Of a stretch of DNA of 64,000 nt, positions 39,638-48,263 are shown piece after piece. How positions within the stretch are numbered: the first letter of the stretch is position 1; the number at the start of each line of letters is the position of its first letter. The notes under the pieces were generated by a model that searched no databases, was not told the DNA's origin, and was given only the letters and a program-made list of their open reading frames with translations. Origin of the DNA: Thermoproteota archaeon (lineage in GTDB: Archaea > Korarchaeota > Korarchaeia > Korarchaeales > Korarchaeaceae); NCBI GenBank assembly GCA_027491435.1, contig JAOZFG010000017.1:32001-96000 (forward strand), in the 5' to 3' direction. A program made the position numbers and the translations under genes.

Positions 39638-40120
39638 TTATGGGCCAAGGGACATCTTAACCTTTATGGATCTGGCTTTTAGGAGCATTCGTAACATCTG
39701 CCAGTAATGAGTTGCAAACCAGTAAACATTACCACATTTATTGCATCTTAGAAATATATTATTACTCTTTATGACCTCTCTAGGTAGATTATTTAGGATA
39801 ATTTTGCTAACTGGAGACATGGGAGAATTGCAGAAGGGACACCTTGTGGTCCTGGGATCTATTCTCAACCTAAGCCCAAGCTTAAGGGAGAGGAGGGCTA
39901 ACGCCTCCTCCTGTCTCTCAGGAACTAGCAAATAGTTAATCCTTCTTTTAGAGACCCTCTTAGCCAATTCCTTATCTCTTGTGAGGAAAACCCTGCCGTT
40001 AAAGTCCATGCTCAGAATTTCCTCATCCATTAAGTCTGGGGAAATGAGCTCCGAGTCGTGGCCCAGTATCCTGAGCCACTTAGCCAGCTTGCCCAGCATT
40101 GCGTCAACTATAAACTTCAT
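39638..40120 (-). CDS. Mut7-C RNase domain protein
   Basis: F.VDAMLGKLAKWLRILG.D, LTRD, RC..CN, C..C..VYW..H. Confidence 0.92.
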   Translation of the reverse strand: MKFIVDAMLGKLAKWLRILGHDSELISPDLMDEEILSMDFNGRVFLTRDKELAKRVSKRRINYLLVPERQEEALALLSLKLGLRLRIDPRTTRCPFCNSPMSPVSKIILNNLPREVIKSNNIFLRCNKCGNVYWFATHYWQMLRMLLKARSIKVKMSLGP

Positions 40121-40150
40121 CGGCCGAAAGAGTAGGGAGGAAAAATATTA

Positions 40151-40226
40151 TGGTAGCCCCGCCCGGATTCGAACCGGGGTCTCCGGGTCCAAAGCCCGGC
40201 GTGCTTGGCCGCTACACCACGGGGCT
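40151..40226 (-). tRNA. tRNA-Gln(TTG), CCA encoded
   Basis: A1-U72 pair; CCGGG-CT-TTG-GA-CCCGG arm. Confidence 0.97.
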
Positions 40227-40234
40227 TCAAAAGT

Positions 40235-40324
40235 TGGTGCGGGGGGTGGGATTTGAACCCACGCGGGCCTGACGCCCACCGGACCCTGAATCCGGCGCCT
40301 TGGGCCTGGCTTGGCTACCCCCGC
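40235..40324 (-). tRNA. tRNA-Leu(CAG), CCA encoded
   Basis: CCGGA-TT-CAG-GG-TCCGG arm, long variable arm. Confidence 0.97.
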
Positions 40325-40326
40325 TT

Positions 40327-40404
40327 TGGTGCTCCGGCCGGGATTTGAACCCGGGTCTGGGGCTCGAAAGGCCCCTATGCTTGGCCGGGCTACACCACCG
40401 GAGC
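40327..40404 (-). tRNA. tRNA-Glu(TTC), CCA encoded
   Basis: GGGGC-CT-TTC-GA-GCCCC arm. Confidence 0.97.
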
Positions 40405-40450
40405 CCCCAATCCCATACTCTAATAAGAAGGATATAAAAACTTGACGAGT

Positions 40451-41551
40451 TCAAATTGAGATACCTAGGTGCTCATCTAGCTTCATTCTTAAGTACTCCA
40501 CGAACAGATCCTTGAGTTTCCTGGCGGTAGGACTCATAGCCTTGAATATCTCCAACTCAGCTTTTTTCTTCTTTTCAAGGAACCACTGGTTCTCTCTTTG
40601 CCAGAATTCGTTCTGCAGGTTGGGCAGATACACGTTATCTTGGGCGGCTTTAAGGTCCGCCGGGGTCAGCGGTTCAAGCGCGAACTGGTAATCCTTGAAG
40701 AACCCCTCTTCCACGTCTCTGGTCAGTATACCTATGAACCTGGCCTCTGGAGAGGCCAGATGGGGTATGTGAGCCGAATTTATGCTGTTGTATATGACTG
40801 TAGCGGCGATCCTAAGGGACCATGGCGATAAGTCCGTCAGGATGGCTATGGGAACCCCTTCGTCGGATAACATTCTCAGAAACCTCCTCATGCTCCTGGA
40901 GGCCTGTCCTTGAAGTATTGCTATCCCTATCTTTTTCTCCTCTGGTATGCCGAGCTCTATCATGTTCTTAGCAGGGCCCACCTTCTCTATGGCGATGACC
41001 GCTTTGACCCCTATCCTCTTGAACTTTATGTTTTCAGGCCTTGGAGGAACTGAGTAACCCATCTCTCCCACTTGATCTGCCCTTATTAACCTTCCAGACT
41101 TGTCTATGAGCTCTATATCTCCATAAATCCACCCTCTAGGGTCGCTAGTTATGGAGAAAGCCTCCCTCGGGTAGCCCAAGACTAACTCCATCAATATTAT
41201 TCTGGCGTCGGTCTCCCTCTGGTCCTCTGGGAATAGAGTTCCTTTGAGCTTCTCCACCTTGTGAACGTAGTAGAAGTCCCTTTTTGTCATAGTGAGCCCG
41301 TTTTCTAGGTGGTCTAGGGCCCTACTTATGCCGTAAAGCAAGCCAGCCAGCGTTTTGAGGCTCTTTATCCTGGATCCAGTTATCCTGCTGTAGGTCTTAG
41401 GCTTGAACACGTAGCCGACGTCTTCCAAGAACTCTATGTTAGACTGGCTGTTGGGCGGATACTCTATCTCAGGGAACTCACCCCTCTCTATCGCTTCAGC
41501 TATTCTCTTAGCCAGCTCCAGAGCTCTCCTCCTCACTTCCTCCTTCATCAT
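40451..41551 (-). CDS. top6A: DNA topoisomerase VI subunit A
   Basis: TKRDFYY catalytic Tyr, IEK, TOPRIM D..PW, KAELE. Confidence 0.93.
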   Translation of the reverse strand: MMKEEVRRRALELAKRIAEAIERGEFPEIEYPPNSQSNIEFLEDVGYVFKPKTYSRITGSRIKSLKTLAGLLYGISRALDHLENGLTMTKRDFYYVHKVEKLKGTLFPEDQRETDARIILMELVLGYPREAFSITSDPRGWIYGDIELIDKSGRLIRADQVGEMGYSVPPRPENIKFKRIGVKAVIAIEKVGPAKNMIELGIPEEKKIGIAILQGQASRSMRRFLRMLSDEGVPIAILTDLSPWSLRIAATVIYNSINSAHIPHLASPEARFIGILTRDVEEGFFKDYQFALEPLTPADLKAAQDNVYLPNLQNEFWQRENQWFLEKKKKAELEIFKAMSPTARKLKDLFVEYLRMKLDEHLGISI

Positions 41552-43082
41552 TTATACCAGCCTCTCCGGCCACCTTGGTCAGGAGCTTCTCAATCGGGGG
41601 CCTTCTGCCGACCAGCTCCGTTAGGACCTCAGCTATTATCTGGTAGTACATCTTGAATATCTCATATCTCTTCCTCATCAGTTCCTTTCTCCTCTTTCTA
41701 TTTAGGTATATCCTCAGCTCCCTAGCACATATCCTTAAGCCTAGCTCTATTTCCCTAGCTACTTCAGGCACGTTAGCTATGAACTCCTTGCCCACCGTCT
41801 TAAAGGGAACTTTAGTGGATACTATGTGGACGAAGAAGGCTACAGGCTCCTCCTCAGGGCTCTTTAAACCGTAATTGGTCCAATCAATTTTCTTTATCAC
41901 GTGATAAGACACGTCACTGGACACGTCGTAGAGCAGGGGTATCTTGTTTGCGTACCTGTAAAGCTGGATTTCTCCGGTTGGCTTAAGGGCCCCTCCATAC
42001 GCTATGGCAACCTCCACTATGAAGGGATTGGCTTCGTAGACCGATGGGGGCCTCTGAACCGCCTTAACGAACTCAGGCAGGAGCTCCTTCTTTATCCCCT
42101 CCTCGAACAGCTTTTCCCCTAAAGGGGCCAAGACTGATGGGTCCGGTGGCAAGAACTTCTTGTAACTTCTTAGAGCCCTAAACAAGGCTAATATCTCCTC
42201 TTTGGTTAGTTCTGATGGTTTCTTGTCCTCGGGTATTCCGGCGAGCTTGAGAACCTCTCTAGCGGTTTTCTCCCCTACTCTCTGAAAGTGTTTGGTCAAG
42301 AAGGACTTCATGTTCCTAGTATTGGTGATCTCTACCATCCTCTGCAATAACTCAAGGTCTACACCCTTAGGATGGAATAAAGACTCCTTTGGCCTCTTAG
42401 GCAGCTCTTCTGTGCTTTTAGGGAAGAAGTAAACGTTTCCATCTGGTTCTATGAACAGTATGTCCGCATAAGGGACTACTATAGCCGTCTGGTGTAGGTA
42501 CTCCACGATCTTCCTCCTGGCCCTCCCGTAGTTCCCCTCAAAGTGGGACTCAACTATGGTAAAGGAATTCCTCGATATGCCTCTGAGGATTCTCTTCTGA
42601 AGGATTTTGGGTTCATTCCTCTTTATGTCAATCATCATGGTTATCTCATAGGCCGGCTCACCCTCCCTGGCTGAGGTTATCCTAAAAGGTTTGTTGGTAG
42701 TTATCTGTCCGTAAAGTAAAGCCATGGTACCTCCTAAACCGAAGGTCCCTCTGCTCTGCATGAGCCTGTACTTGGAGCTCACGAAGACCCTGCCGAAGGC
42801 CTTAGGTATGTCATCGGGCTTGAGCCCTATGCCATTGTCGGCGACCGTTATCTTGTACCAGGGAAGGCCCTCGGACAGCGGGCCCTCTCTAGACTCCTCC
42901 TCTACGGATATGAGTATCTTGGGAGGGACGCCCTTCATTTCAGCCGCGTCTAATGCGTTTTCCACTAGCTCTCTGACTATTGTGTAGGTGGCCCTTACTG
43001 GATTGTCGAAGCCTGCCAGCGACTTGTTCCTGTAGAAGAAATCGGACGCGCTAATTTCCTCCAGTTCAACTTTGTCCGCCAT
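41508..43082 (-). CDS. top6B: DNA topoisomerase VI subunit B
   Basis: RELVENALDA, DNG.G, QSRG..GLG, RYANKIPLLY. Confidence 0.97.
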   Translation of the reverse strand: MADKVELEEISASDFFYRNKSLAGFDNPVRATYTIVRELVENALDAAEMKGVPPKILISVEEESREGPLSEGLPWYKITVADNGIGLKPDDIPKAFGRVFVSSKYRLMQSRGTFGLGGTMALLYGQITTNKPFRITSAREGEPAYEITMMIDIKRNEPKILQKRILRGISRNSFTIVESHFEGNYGRARRKIVEYLHQTAIVVPYADILFIEPDGNVYFFPKSTEELPKRPKESLFHPKGVDLELLQRMVEITNTRNMKSFLTKHFQRVGEKTAREVLKLAGIPEDKKPSELTKEEILALFRALRSYKKFLPPDPSVLAPLGEKLFEEGIKKELLPEFVKAVQRPPSVYEANPFIVEVAIAYGGALKPTGEIQLYRYANKIPLLYDVSSDVSYHVIKKIDWTNYGLKSPEEEPVAFFVHIVSTKVPFKTVGKEFIANVPEVAREIELGLRICARELRIYLNRKRRKELMRKRYEIFKMYYQIIAEVLTELVGRRPPIEKLLTKVAGEAGINDEGGSEEESSGAG

Positions 43083-43090
43083 AAGATCAC

Positions 43091-43684
43091 CTAGGACTCT
43101 TCAAGCTCTTTCTTCAGCTTTCTCCAATACATCTCCTCATAGCTCCTTCTACTCTCTATCTCGGAGATCTTCTTCTCCATCGCCCTGAAAGCGGTGGAAT
43201 GCATTGATCCTTCTAACAGCGAGAATATGGCCTCCCTTGCCGGGAGGATGTCATATATCTTCCCTATTATGGACACCGTGTGTCCATAAACTGATATGTG
43301 AGTGCCGGTCTTCTTCTCTATAAAAGTCCTAGACTTACCCTTCTCTCCAATTATTCTACCCCTCATCCTCCTGAGGGCGTTCTTACTGCTGCCCACAAAC
43401 CTCCTTATGTCGATGACCTCCAACACGTAGTCGTCCTCCAGTAACTTAATTGCTATCTCGGGGTTGAACCCCCTGCCTATAGCCCTCACCACAGACTCGA
43501 GCTTCTGGGGAAGCAGGGGGTCTTTGGGCATATCGTGGAACCTTATGGTGACCTCTCCCGTGCCACTATCAACTACTATCTCAGCTCCAGTGAGCTCCTC
43601 CAGCATGCGCTTTGTCGAGCCTCCTTTGCCTATTAGCACACCAATCCTCTCTCTTGGAATTCTAATTGATATTTCGTAAGGCAC
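43091..43684 (-). CDS. KH-domain pre-rRNA processing protein Pno1/Dim2
   Basis: RIGVLIG..G, AIGRGF, GRIIGE.G, G..H. Confidence 0.92.
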   Translation of the reverse strand: MPYEISIRIPRERIGVLIGKGGSTKRMLEELTGAEIVVDSGTGEVTIRFHDMPKDPLLPQKLESVVRAIGRGFNPEIAIKLLEDDYVLEVIDIRRFVGSSKNALRRMRGRIIGEKGKSRTFIEKKTGTHISVYGHTVSIIGKIYDILPAREAIFSLLEGSMHSTAFRAMEKKISEIESRRSYEEMYWRKLKKELEES

Positions 43685-43695
43685 AGGGAATCCCC

Positions 43696-44484
43696 CTACC
43701 CGGATATCTCTTCTGCTAACTTGTAGGGATCAGGTACAGTTAACTTGAACCTTCTATAAAAGAATTGAGTCACTCGTTCAAGGTCCCTGAGCAGCAAGGA
43801 GAAGGCCAGAGGATGAGTTATCACAACCGCTTGAGATACGTCTATTATCCAGTGACTGTCCTCCCAATACATTATGTTGTATTCACTCAGATCCCCGTGT
43901 ACCAACTCAGCTTCTCGATAGGCCTTCCTTATGTCTTCTATTATGGAGTTCATGATGCTCTCAGGATCGTCTAGGCTCTCTAAGTCTTTAAGCAGAGGGG
44001 CGGGGGTAGCGTCTTTGCCTATGAACTCCATAACCAGCACGTTTCCCGTAACATCTATGGGCTTGGGTACCTTTACCCCCGCCTCCCTAAGCCTCTTCAA
44101 GTTCCTAAACTCTTTTTTTGCCCACATTCTTATTATTTTATCTCTATCCTTTACAGGTATGAACCTATAGTCGCCAGCTAAGTAATCTACATATTTCTTG
44201 AAGTTAGCTGTGTAGACCCTGTAAACTTTGACCGCTACCTCCCCTTCAGGCCCCATCCCTGCCAGAACTAGCGCTTCTTTTCCCGCGCTTATGACCCAGG
44301 TTAGATCGTATAGGACGCCCTTATTGAAGAGTTTAAGTAGGGATCTCACGGTTCTCTGGTCAAAGGCTAGCTGCCTCACCTTGTAGTACTCCTCATCCTT
44401 TATCCGCTTGAACTTTTTCTCCTCCTTCCTGAATATCTCCTCGAGCTTGGCTTCTAGCTCCTCTACATCTTCCAACAAGAACAC
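43696..44484 (-). CDS. rio1: RIO1 serine/threonine kinase
   Basis: IS.GKEA, WA.KEFRNL, LVHGDLSEYN, IIDVSQAV. Confidence 0.95.
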   Translation of the reverse strand: MFLLEDVEELEAKLEEIFRKEEKKFKRIKDEEYYKVRQLAFDQRTVRSLLKLFNKGVLYDLTWVISAGKEALVLAGMGPEGEVAVKVYRVYTANFKKYVDYLAGDYRFIPVKDRDKIIRMWAKKEFRNLKRLREAGVKVPKPIDVTGNVLVMEFIGKDATPAPLLKDLESLDDPESIMNSIIEDIRKAYREAELVHGDLSEYNIMYWEDSHWIIDVSQAVVITHPLAFSLLLRDLERVTQFFYRRFKLTVPDPYKLAEEISG

Positions 44485-44487
44485 CCG

Positions 44488-44841
44488 TTAGAAGGCTTCC
44501 GTGTAAGTTCCCCACTCCTCGGGTATGTATCCCCTCTCCATTAACCAAGCGACCTGCTGCTGATTATACCTGACCACTATGTCCCCCTTACTCTTGTTAA
44601 ACGGCCATATCGAAACTAGCACTATATCCCCCCTCTTTATCCAGGATCTCCTGCCCCTCAACTTGCCCCTAACCCTACATATCCTAACTACGCCGTCAGA
44701 ACATTCTACTCTAAAGTGCCCTTTCCCGAGGGGCTCTAATACACGGCCAAAAACCTCGAGCTCCTCATCCGCTGGTAAAAGCTCCTCCATCTCAGCGTCA
44801 AGGGACCTCTCAACATCTCCTCTCTTCTTCTTTTTAGGCAG
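44488..44841 (-). CDS. eif1a: translation initiation factor aIF-1A (probable CTG start at 44841; first ATG at 44790)
   Basis: V.C.DG..R..R.RGK, WI..GD.VLV..W, KGDI..RY; SD-CTG-PKKKK extension. Confidence 0.93.
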   Translation of the reverse strand: MPKKKKRGDVERSLDAEMEELLPADEELEVFGRVLEPLGKGHFRVECSDGVVRICRVRGKLRGRRSWIKRGDIVLVSIWPFNKSKGDIVVRYNQQQVAWLMERGYIPEEWGTYTEAF

Positions 44842-44853
44842 TTAATCACCCCC

Positions 44854-45285
44854 CTATATCTTGGGTATTGGCGTCTCAGCTCCACAGGCAGTACACCTGA
44901 GCACCCAAGTTCTCCTGACCTTCACTATTACTGTGTCGGGCCTGCCGCAGTGTGGGCAGATTACGTAGGTTCTTATGAACTTCTGTATCCTGGCATCTAC
45001 CAGTTGAGGGTCCAGCTTTCTGGACAGTATTAACTTCCTTCCGTCCTCTGTGAGGAAGTAAGGCGAACCCAGTTCCTTAGAAAGGTACCTAGCCAAAAGT
45101 TTAGGATCCCTGTTGAGGGCTGTAACCAGCTCCTTAAAGTTTACTATGTGCGTCTGCTTGCCTTCCCACCTGACTATGGGCCTGGGAGGGGTAAACCTCT
45201 CACCGCTCTCAATTATATCAGGGAGAGCCTCTTTGGCAGCCCTTAGCATCTCCAAGTATTCCTCTCTTGTGGACAATCTTTTCAC
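44854..45285 (-). CDS. eif2b: translation initiation factor aIF-2 beta
   Basis: ERF, T...NF, LNRDP, YVIC..C..PDT, C.ACGA. Confidence 0.94.
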   Translation of the reverse strand: MKRLSTREEYLEMLRAAKEALPDIIESGERFTPPRPIVRWEGKQTHIVNFKELVTALNRDPKLLARYLSKELGSPYFLTEDGRKLILSRKLDPQLVDARIQKFIRTYVICPHCGRPDTVIVKVRRTWVLRCTACGAETPIPKI

Positions 45286-45288
45286 CTC

Positions 45289-45915
45289 CTAACCTATGTA
45301 ATAGTATCTTCCGTCTTCCTCATATATTAACCCTAGTTCCCTCAGCCTAGATAGAGCGCCCGACACCTTTATCCGCTCCTCCCCCATTAGGTCCGCTATT
45401 TCATCCTGAGACAACCCGTCCACCTCTCTAAGTAGCTTGAGGAGTTCTTCTTCCAAATTTTTTTCACTTCTTACCGGGGTCAGACTGGAGAACCTCAAAT
45501 CCCTCCTTATAACCTCCAGCTCTCTGAGGAGAACTAAGTTAGGATCCTTCACTTTAAGAACTATCAAAGGCGATAAGTAGGGCTTATCCTTCCAGCTTCG
45601 GATCTTTGCTATGACGTCTAGAATAGACCCCCTAGCGTAAAGCTCTCCGGTTTCCTCATCTACTAGCTTATCCACGCCGTCCTCCCAGGCCCTCAACTGG
45701 ATGATCCCAGTGCCGTCGAACAGGTCCAGCTTGGCAAAAGATCTGTTTTCGTGAACCCAAGTTGAAATTACCATTCCCAGAACCCTAACCTTAACGGCGC
45801 TACCCCACTTGAACCTGAAGTATCTCACGTGATCAACTGAAATGCTCTCAAATTCTCCCTCCAGTATCTCAGATATCCTGACTTTGTAGGCTGGCTCTGT
45901 AAGGCTCGACCCCAT
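45289..45915 (-). CDS. RPA32/RPA2-like OB-fold plus winged-helix protein
   Basis: VRVLG.V...D.TG.I....W OB fold; C-terminal wHTH (L..L.E.G.IYE). Confidence 0.75.
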   Translation of the reverse strand: MGSSLTEPAYKVRISEILEGEFESISVDHVRYFRFKWGSAVKVRVLGMVISTWVHENRSFAKLDLFDGTGIIQLRAWEDGVDKLVDEETGELYARGSILDVIAKIRSWKDKPYLSPLIVLKVKDPNLVLLRELEVIRRDLRFSSLTPVRSEKNLEEELLKLLREVDGLSQDEIADLMGEERIKVSGALSRLRELGLIYEEDGRYYYIG

Positions 45916-45972
45916 GACCCTCCCATAATATGGGTAATCCTTAAATAAAGGGTGGGGGTCTGTAAGTCAGGC

Positions 45973-46083
45973 GGGCCCGTGGCTCAGACTGGATAGAGCG
46001 CCCGCCTTATATGGCGGCTCCCGCTACATAACCGCCAGAGGAGAAGCGGGAGGTCGGGGGTTCAAGTCCCCCCGGGCCCACCA
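45973..46083 (+). tRNA. tRNA-Ile(TAT) with a 33-nt intron (46011-46043 or 46012-46044), CCA encoded
   Basis: Exons nearly identical to tRNA-Ile(GAT); CCCGC-CT-TAT-A[intron]A-GCGGG. Confidence 0.92.
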
Positions 46084-46298
46084 CCCCGTTTAAGCCTGGT
46101 AAACAATTCCCTGTTTATCAGGTACCAAACTAGAAGGGACATTGAAAGTATCAAGAAAGCTGAGATGACTTTAATAGCTGCTTCCAAGAACCCCTTCCCA
46201 ATCGAGAGGACAGAGACCTTTATAACTAGCATAGCAGCTATGGTGAGCGCCCAACCAGACAAGATTATCCAAATGGCCAACAACAACCCTTTGTCCAT
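46062..46298 (-). CDS. small 2-TM hypothetical protein
   Basis: Two hydrophobic helices; starts 4 nt after the GT4 gene; stop codon lies antisense within the tRNA-Ile T arm. Confidence 0.55.
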   Translation of the reverse strand: MDKGLLLAIWIILSGWALTIAAMLVIKVSVLSIGKGFLEAAIKVISAFLILSMSLLVWYLINRELFTRLKRGGGPGGT

Positions 46299-46302
46299 TT
46301 AA

Positions 46303-47274
46303 TCACCTCGGCGTCATCAGGTAATACGTAGTAAGCGAAAGTAGGCTAGACAGGGCCGTTAACGCTATTATTTCCTTGACCACCCTCCTTTCGTCCTTGC
46401 CCCTGTGCGAAACCAAGACGGCTATTAGGGTCATCGGGGCCTCGGGGTCTTCGTTAACGTAAAGCACCCCGTCCCTAACTACAACGGGCCTTTTCATCTC
46501 CCTCCTCTCCCTAAGCCCCTTTACACTGGCTATCACCACAAATCCGGAGACCATGAAGGGTATTAGGGCTATGAAGAAGAACATCTCCCTGTTGGACGTT
46601 GCCGCTATTGAGGCTATAGCTGAGCCTACAGAGAGCGAGAGCGTGTCCCCCCCAAAGGCATCAGCAGGGTATTTATTCTTCAGGAAGTAAGGGATAAGCG
46701 AAGATATTAGAAGCAAGGTCATCCACCTTGAGGAGGCGTCCATCACCGGGAGCAGCAGCATTAGGGAAGTTATCACAGAGCCTGGCATTAACCCGTTTAA
46801 CGCGTCCATCATGTTTATGGCGTTGGCGAATACTGAGAACATAATTGGTAGGATTAACCAGTAGACGTAATACAGTCTGGCCCTTCCGACTACGGGCAGC
46901 AGGGGCCTGGGGGTCAACACCCCCAAGGCTATCAGGGGGAGGGGGGTCACTAGGAGTAAGGCGGGCTTTGTTAGGGCCGACAGGTTTATTAGGTCATCTA
47001 TCATGCCTATAACCGCCCCTAAGGAGGTAGCAACGGCCACGGCTAAGAACTTAGGATTCCCTGTGATGCCGGATAGGACGATTAACGCTGACACGAAAGG
47101 TATTACCACGGCGGGCCCCACAGGCTCAGGAACCCACCTCTCCTCCCTCTTGTGATAGTCCCTAGACAATCTTCCAGCCTTCTTCAGTCTATAGATGTAC
47201 GACCTGAGAGCCCACTCCGTAAAGGCGGCCGTAACTATCAGAGAGAGTGGCACCAGCAGATCCTCAGCTGACAT
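46303..47274 (-). CDS. MraY/WecA/GPT-like glycosyltransferase family 4 (PNPT)
   Basis: GMIDD, NAINMMDALNGL, YPA..F.GD. Confidence 0.85.
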   Translation of the reverse strand: MSAEDLLVPLSLIVTAAFTEWALRSYIYRLKKAGRLSRDYHKREERWVPEPVGPAVVIPFVSALIVLSGITGNPKFLAVAVATSLGAVIGMIDDLINLSALTKPALLLVTPLPLIALGVLTPRPLLPVVGRARLYYVYWLILPIMFSVFANAINMMDALNGLMPGSVITSLMLLLPVMDASSRWMTLLLISSLIPYFLKNKYPADAFGGDTLSLSVGSAIASIAATSNREMFFFIALIPFMVSGFVVIASVKGLRERREMKRPVVVRDGVLYVNEDPEAPMTLIAVLVSHRGKDERRVVKEIIALTALSSLLSLTTYYLMTPR

Positions 47275-47327
47275 CGCCTTAAACTGATCGCTTAAATTAA
47301 AAATCGTTAGATCATGATTGAGATGAG

Positions 47328-48263
47328 ATGCCCTTGGAGAGCATTATCACGCTAATAGCTGTCGGTGTGGTTGCCTATTGGCTTCAGAAGCTGTGGATAT
47401 CTTCCTCCTGGAGGGCTAATTTGGTATCAAAGGACCTTCATAAAGCGGGGGAAGTGAGAGCCGTTAGGATAGGGGCCTTACCTCACGCTATGGTTGCTGT
47501 AATCTCCCTGTGCTGGGCAGTCTGGGCGCTAGACGTCCCCTACGTCTTAATGGCTTCTTCATACTACGCGCTATTAGGACTGGCGGATGACGTGATAGGC
47601 CTGAGGAATTTGGAGAAGATCATATACTCATCTTTCCCGCTAATAGCCGCCTATCACGTCTATAAACCGTTCAAGCTTTGGTTCGCTCTCCCATATCCTT
47701 TGATGGCAATAATATCTGTGTTGTTCGTCGTGTACGTGGCCAACGCCGTCAACACGTTAGCCGGGTTTAACGGATTAGAGATGGGGAGTACCGCTATAAT
47801 ATCTGGCTTCTTAGCTTTAATCTCTTTAATAAAAAAGTACGAAAATGCTTTCTTTGTTTACTTAATACTGTTTATTCTATCACTTATATTCCTTAAAGAT
47901 AACTGGTACCCGGCGAAGGCCTTTCCCGGCAACGTGGGCACGTTTTTCTTTGGAGGAATTTTAGCCCTAGCTTCTTCCATCTACGGGCTTTACTGGGAAA
48001 TGATTATTTTGACGTTGCCTCATGGGGTAGATTTCTTCCTAAAATTGATTAGTTGGAGGAGAACTGCCAAAAAAGTGCCTGCTAAGGTGAGGTCGGATGG
48101 TACCTTAGAACCCCCAGGAAACCTCTCTCTAGCTGCTATACTGATTAGAAAGGGGATAAATAAGGAGAAAAAGATAGTAGTAACCATACTAGCCGTTGAA
48201 GCACTTCTGGGGGTCGTGGCGCTCACCTACTCGCTTTTAACTTTATGTACATTCTCCAGGTGA
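47328..48263 (+). CDS. AglH/GPT-like UDP-GlcNAc--dolichyl-phosphate GlcNAc-phosphotransferase
   Basis: GLADD, NAVNTLAGFNGLE, WYPAKAFPGN. Confidence 0.8.
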   Translation: MPLESIITLIAVGVVAYWLQKLWISSSWRANLVSKDLHKAGEVRAVRIGALPHAMVAVISLCWAVWALDVPYVLMASSYYALLGLADDVIGLRNLEKIIYSSFPLIAAYHVYKPFKLWFALPYPLMAIISVLFVVYVANAVNTLAGFNGLEMGSTAIISGFLALISLIKKYENAFFVYLILFILSLIFLKDNWYPAKAFPGNVGTFFFGGILALASSIYGLYWEMIILTLPHGVDFFLKLISWRRTAKKVPAKVRSDGTLEPPGNLSLAAILIRKGINKEKKIVVTILAVEALLGVVALTYSLLTLCTFSR

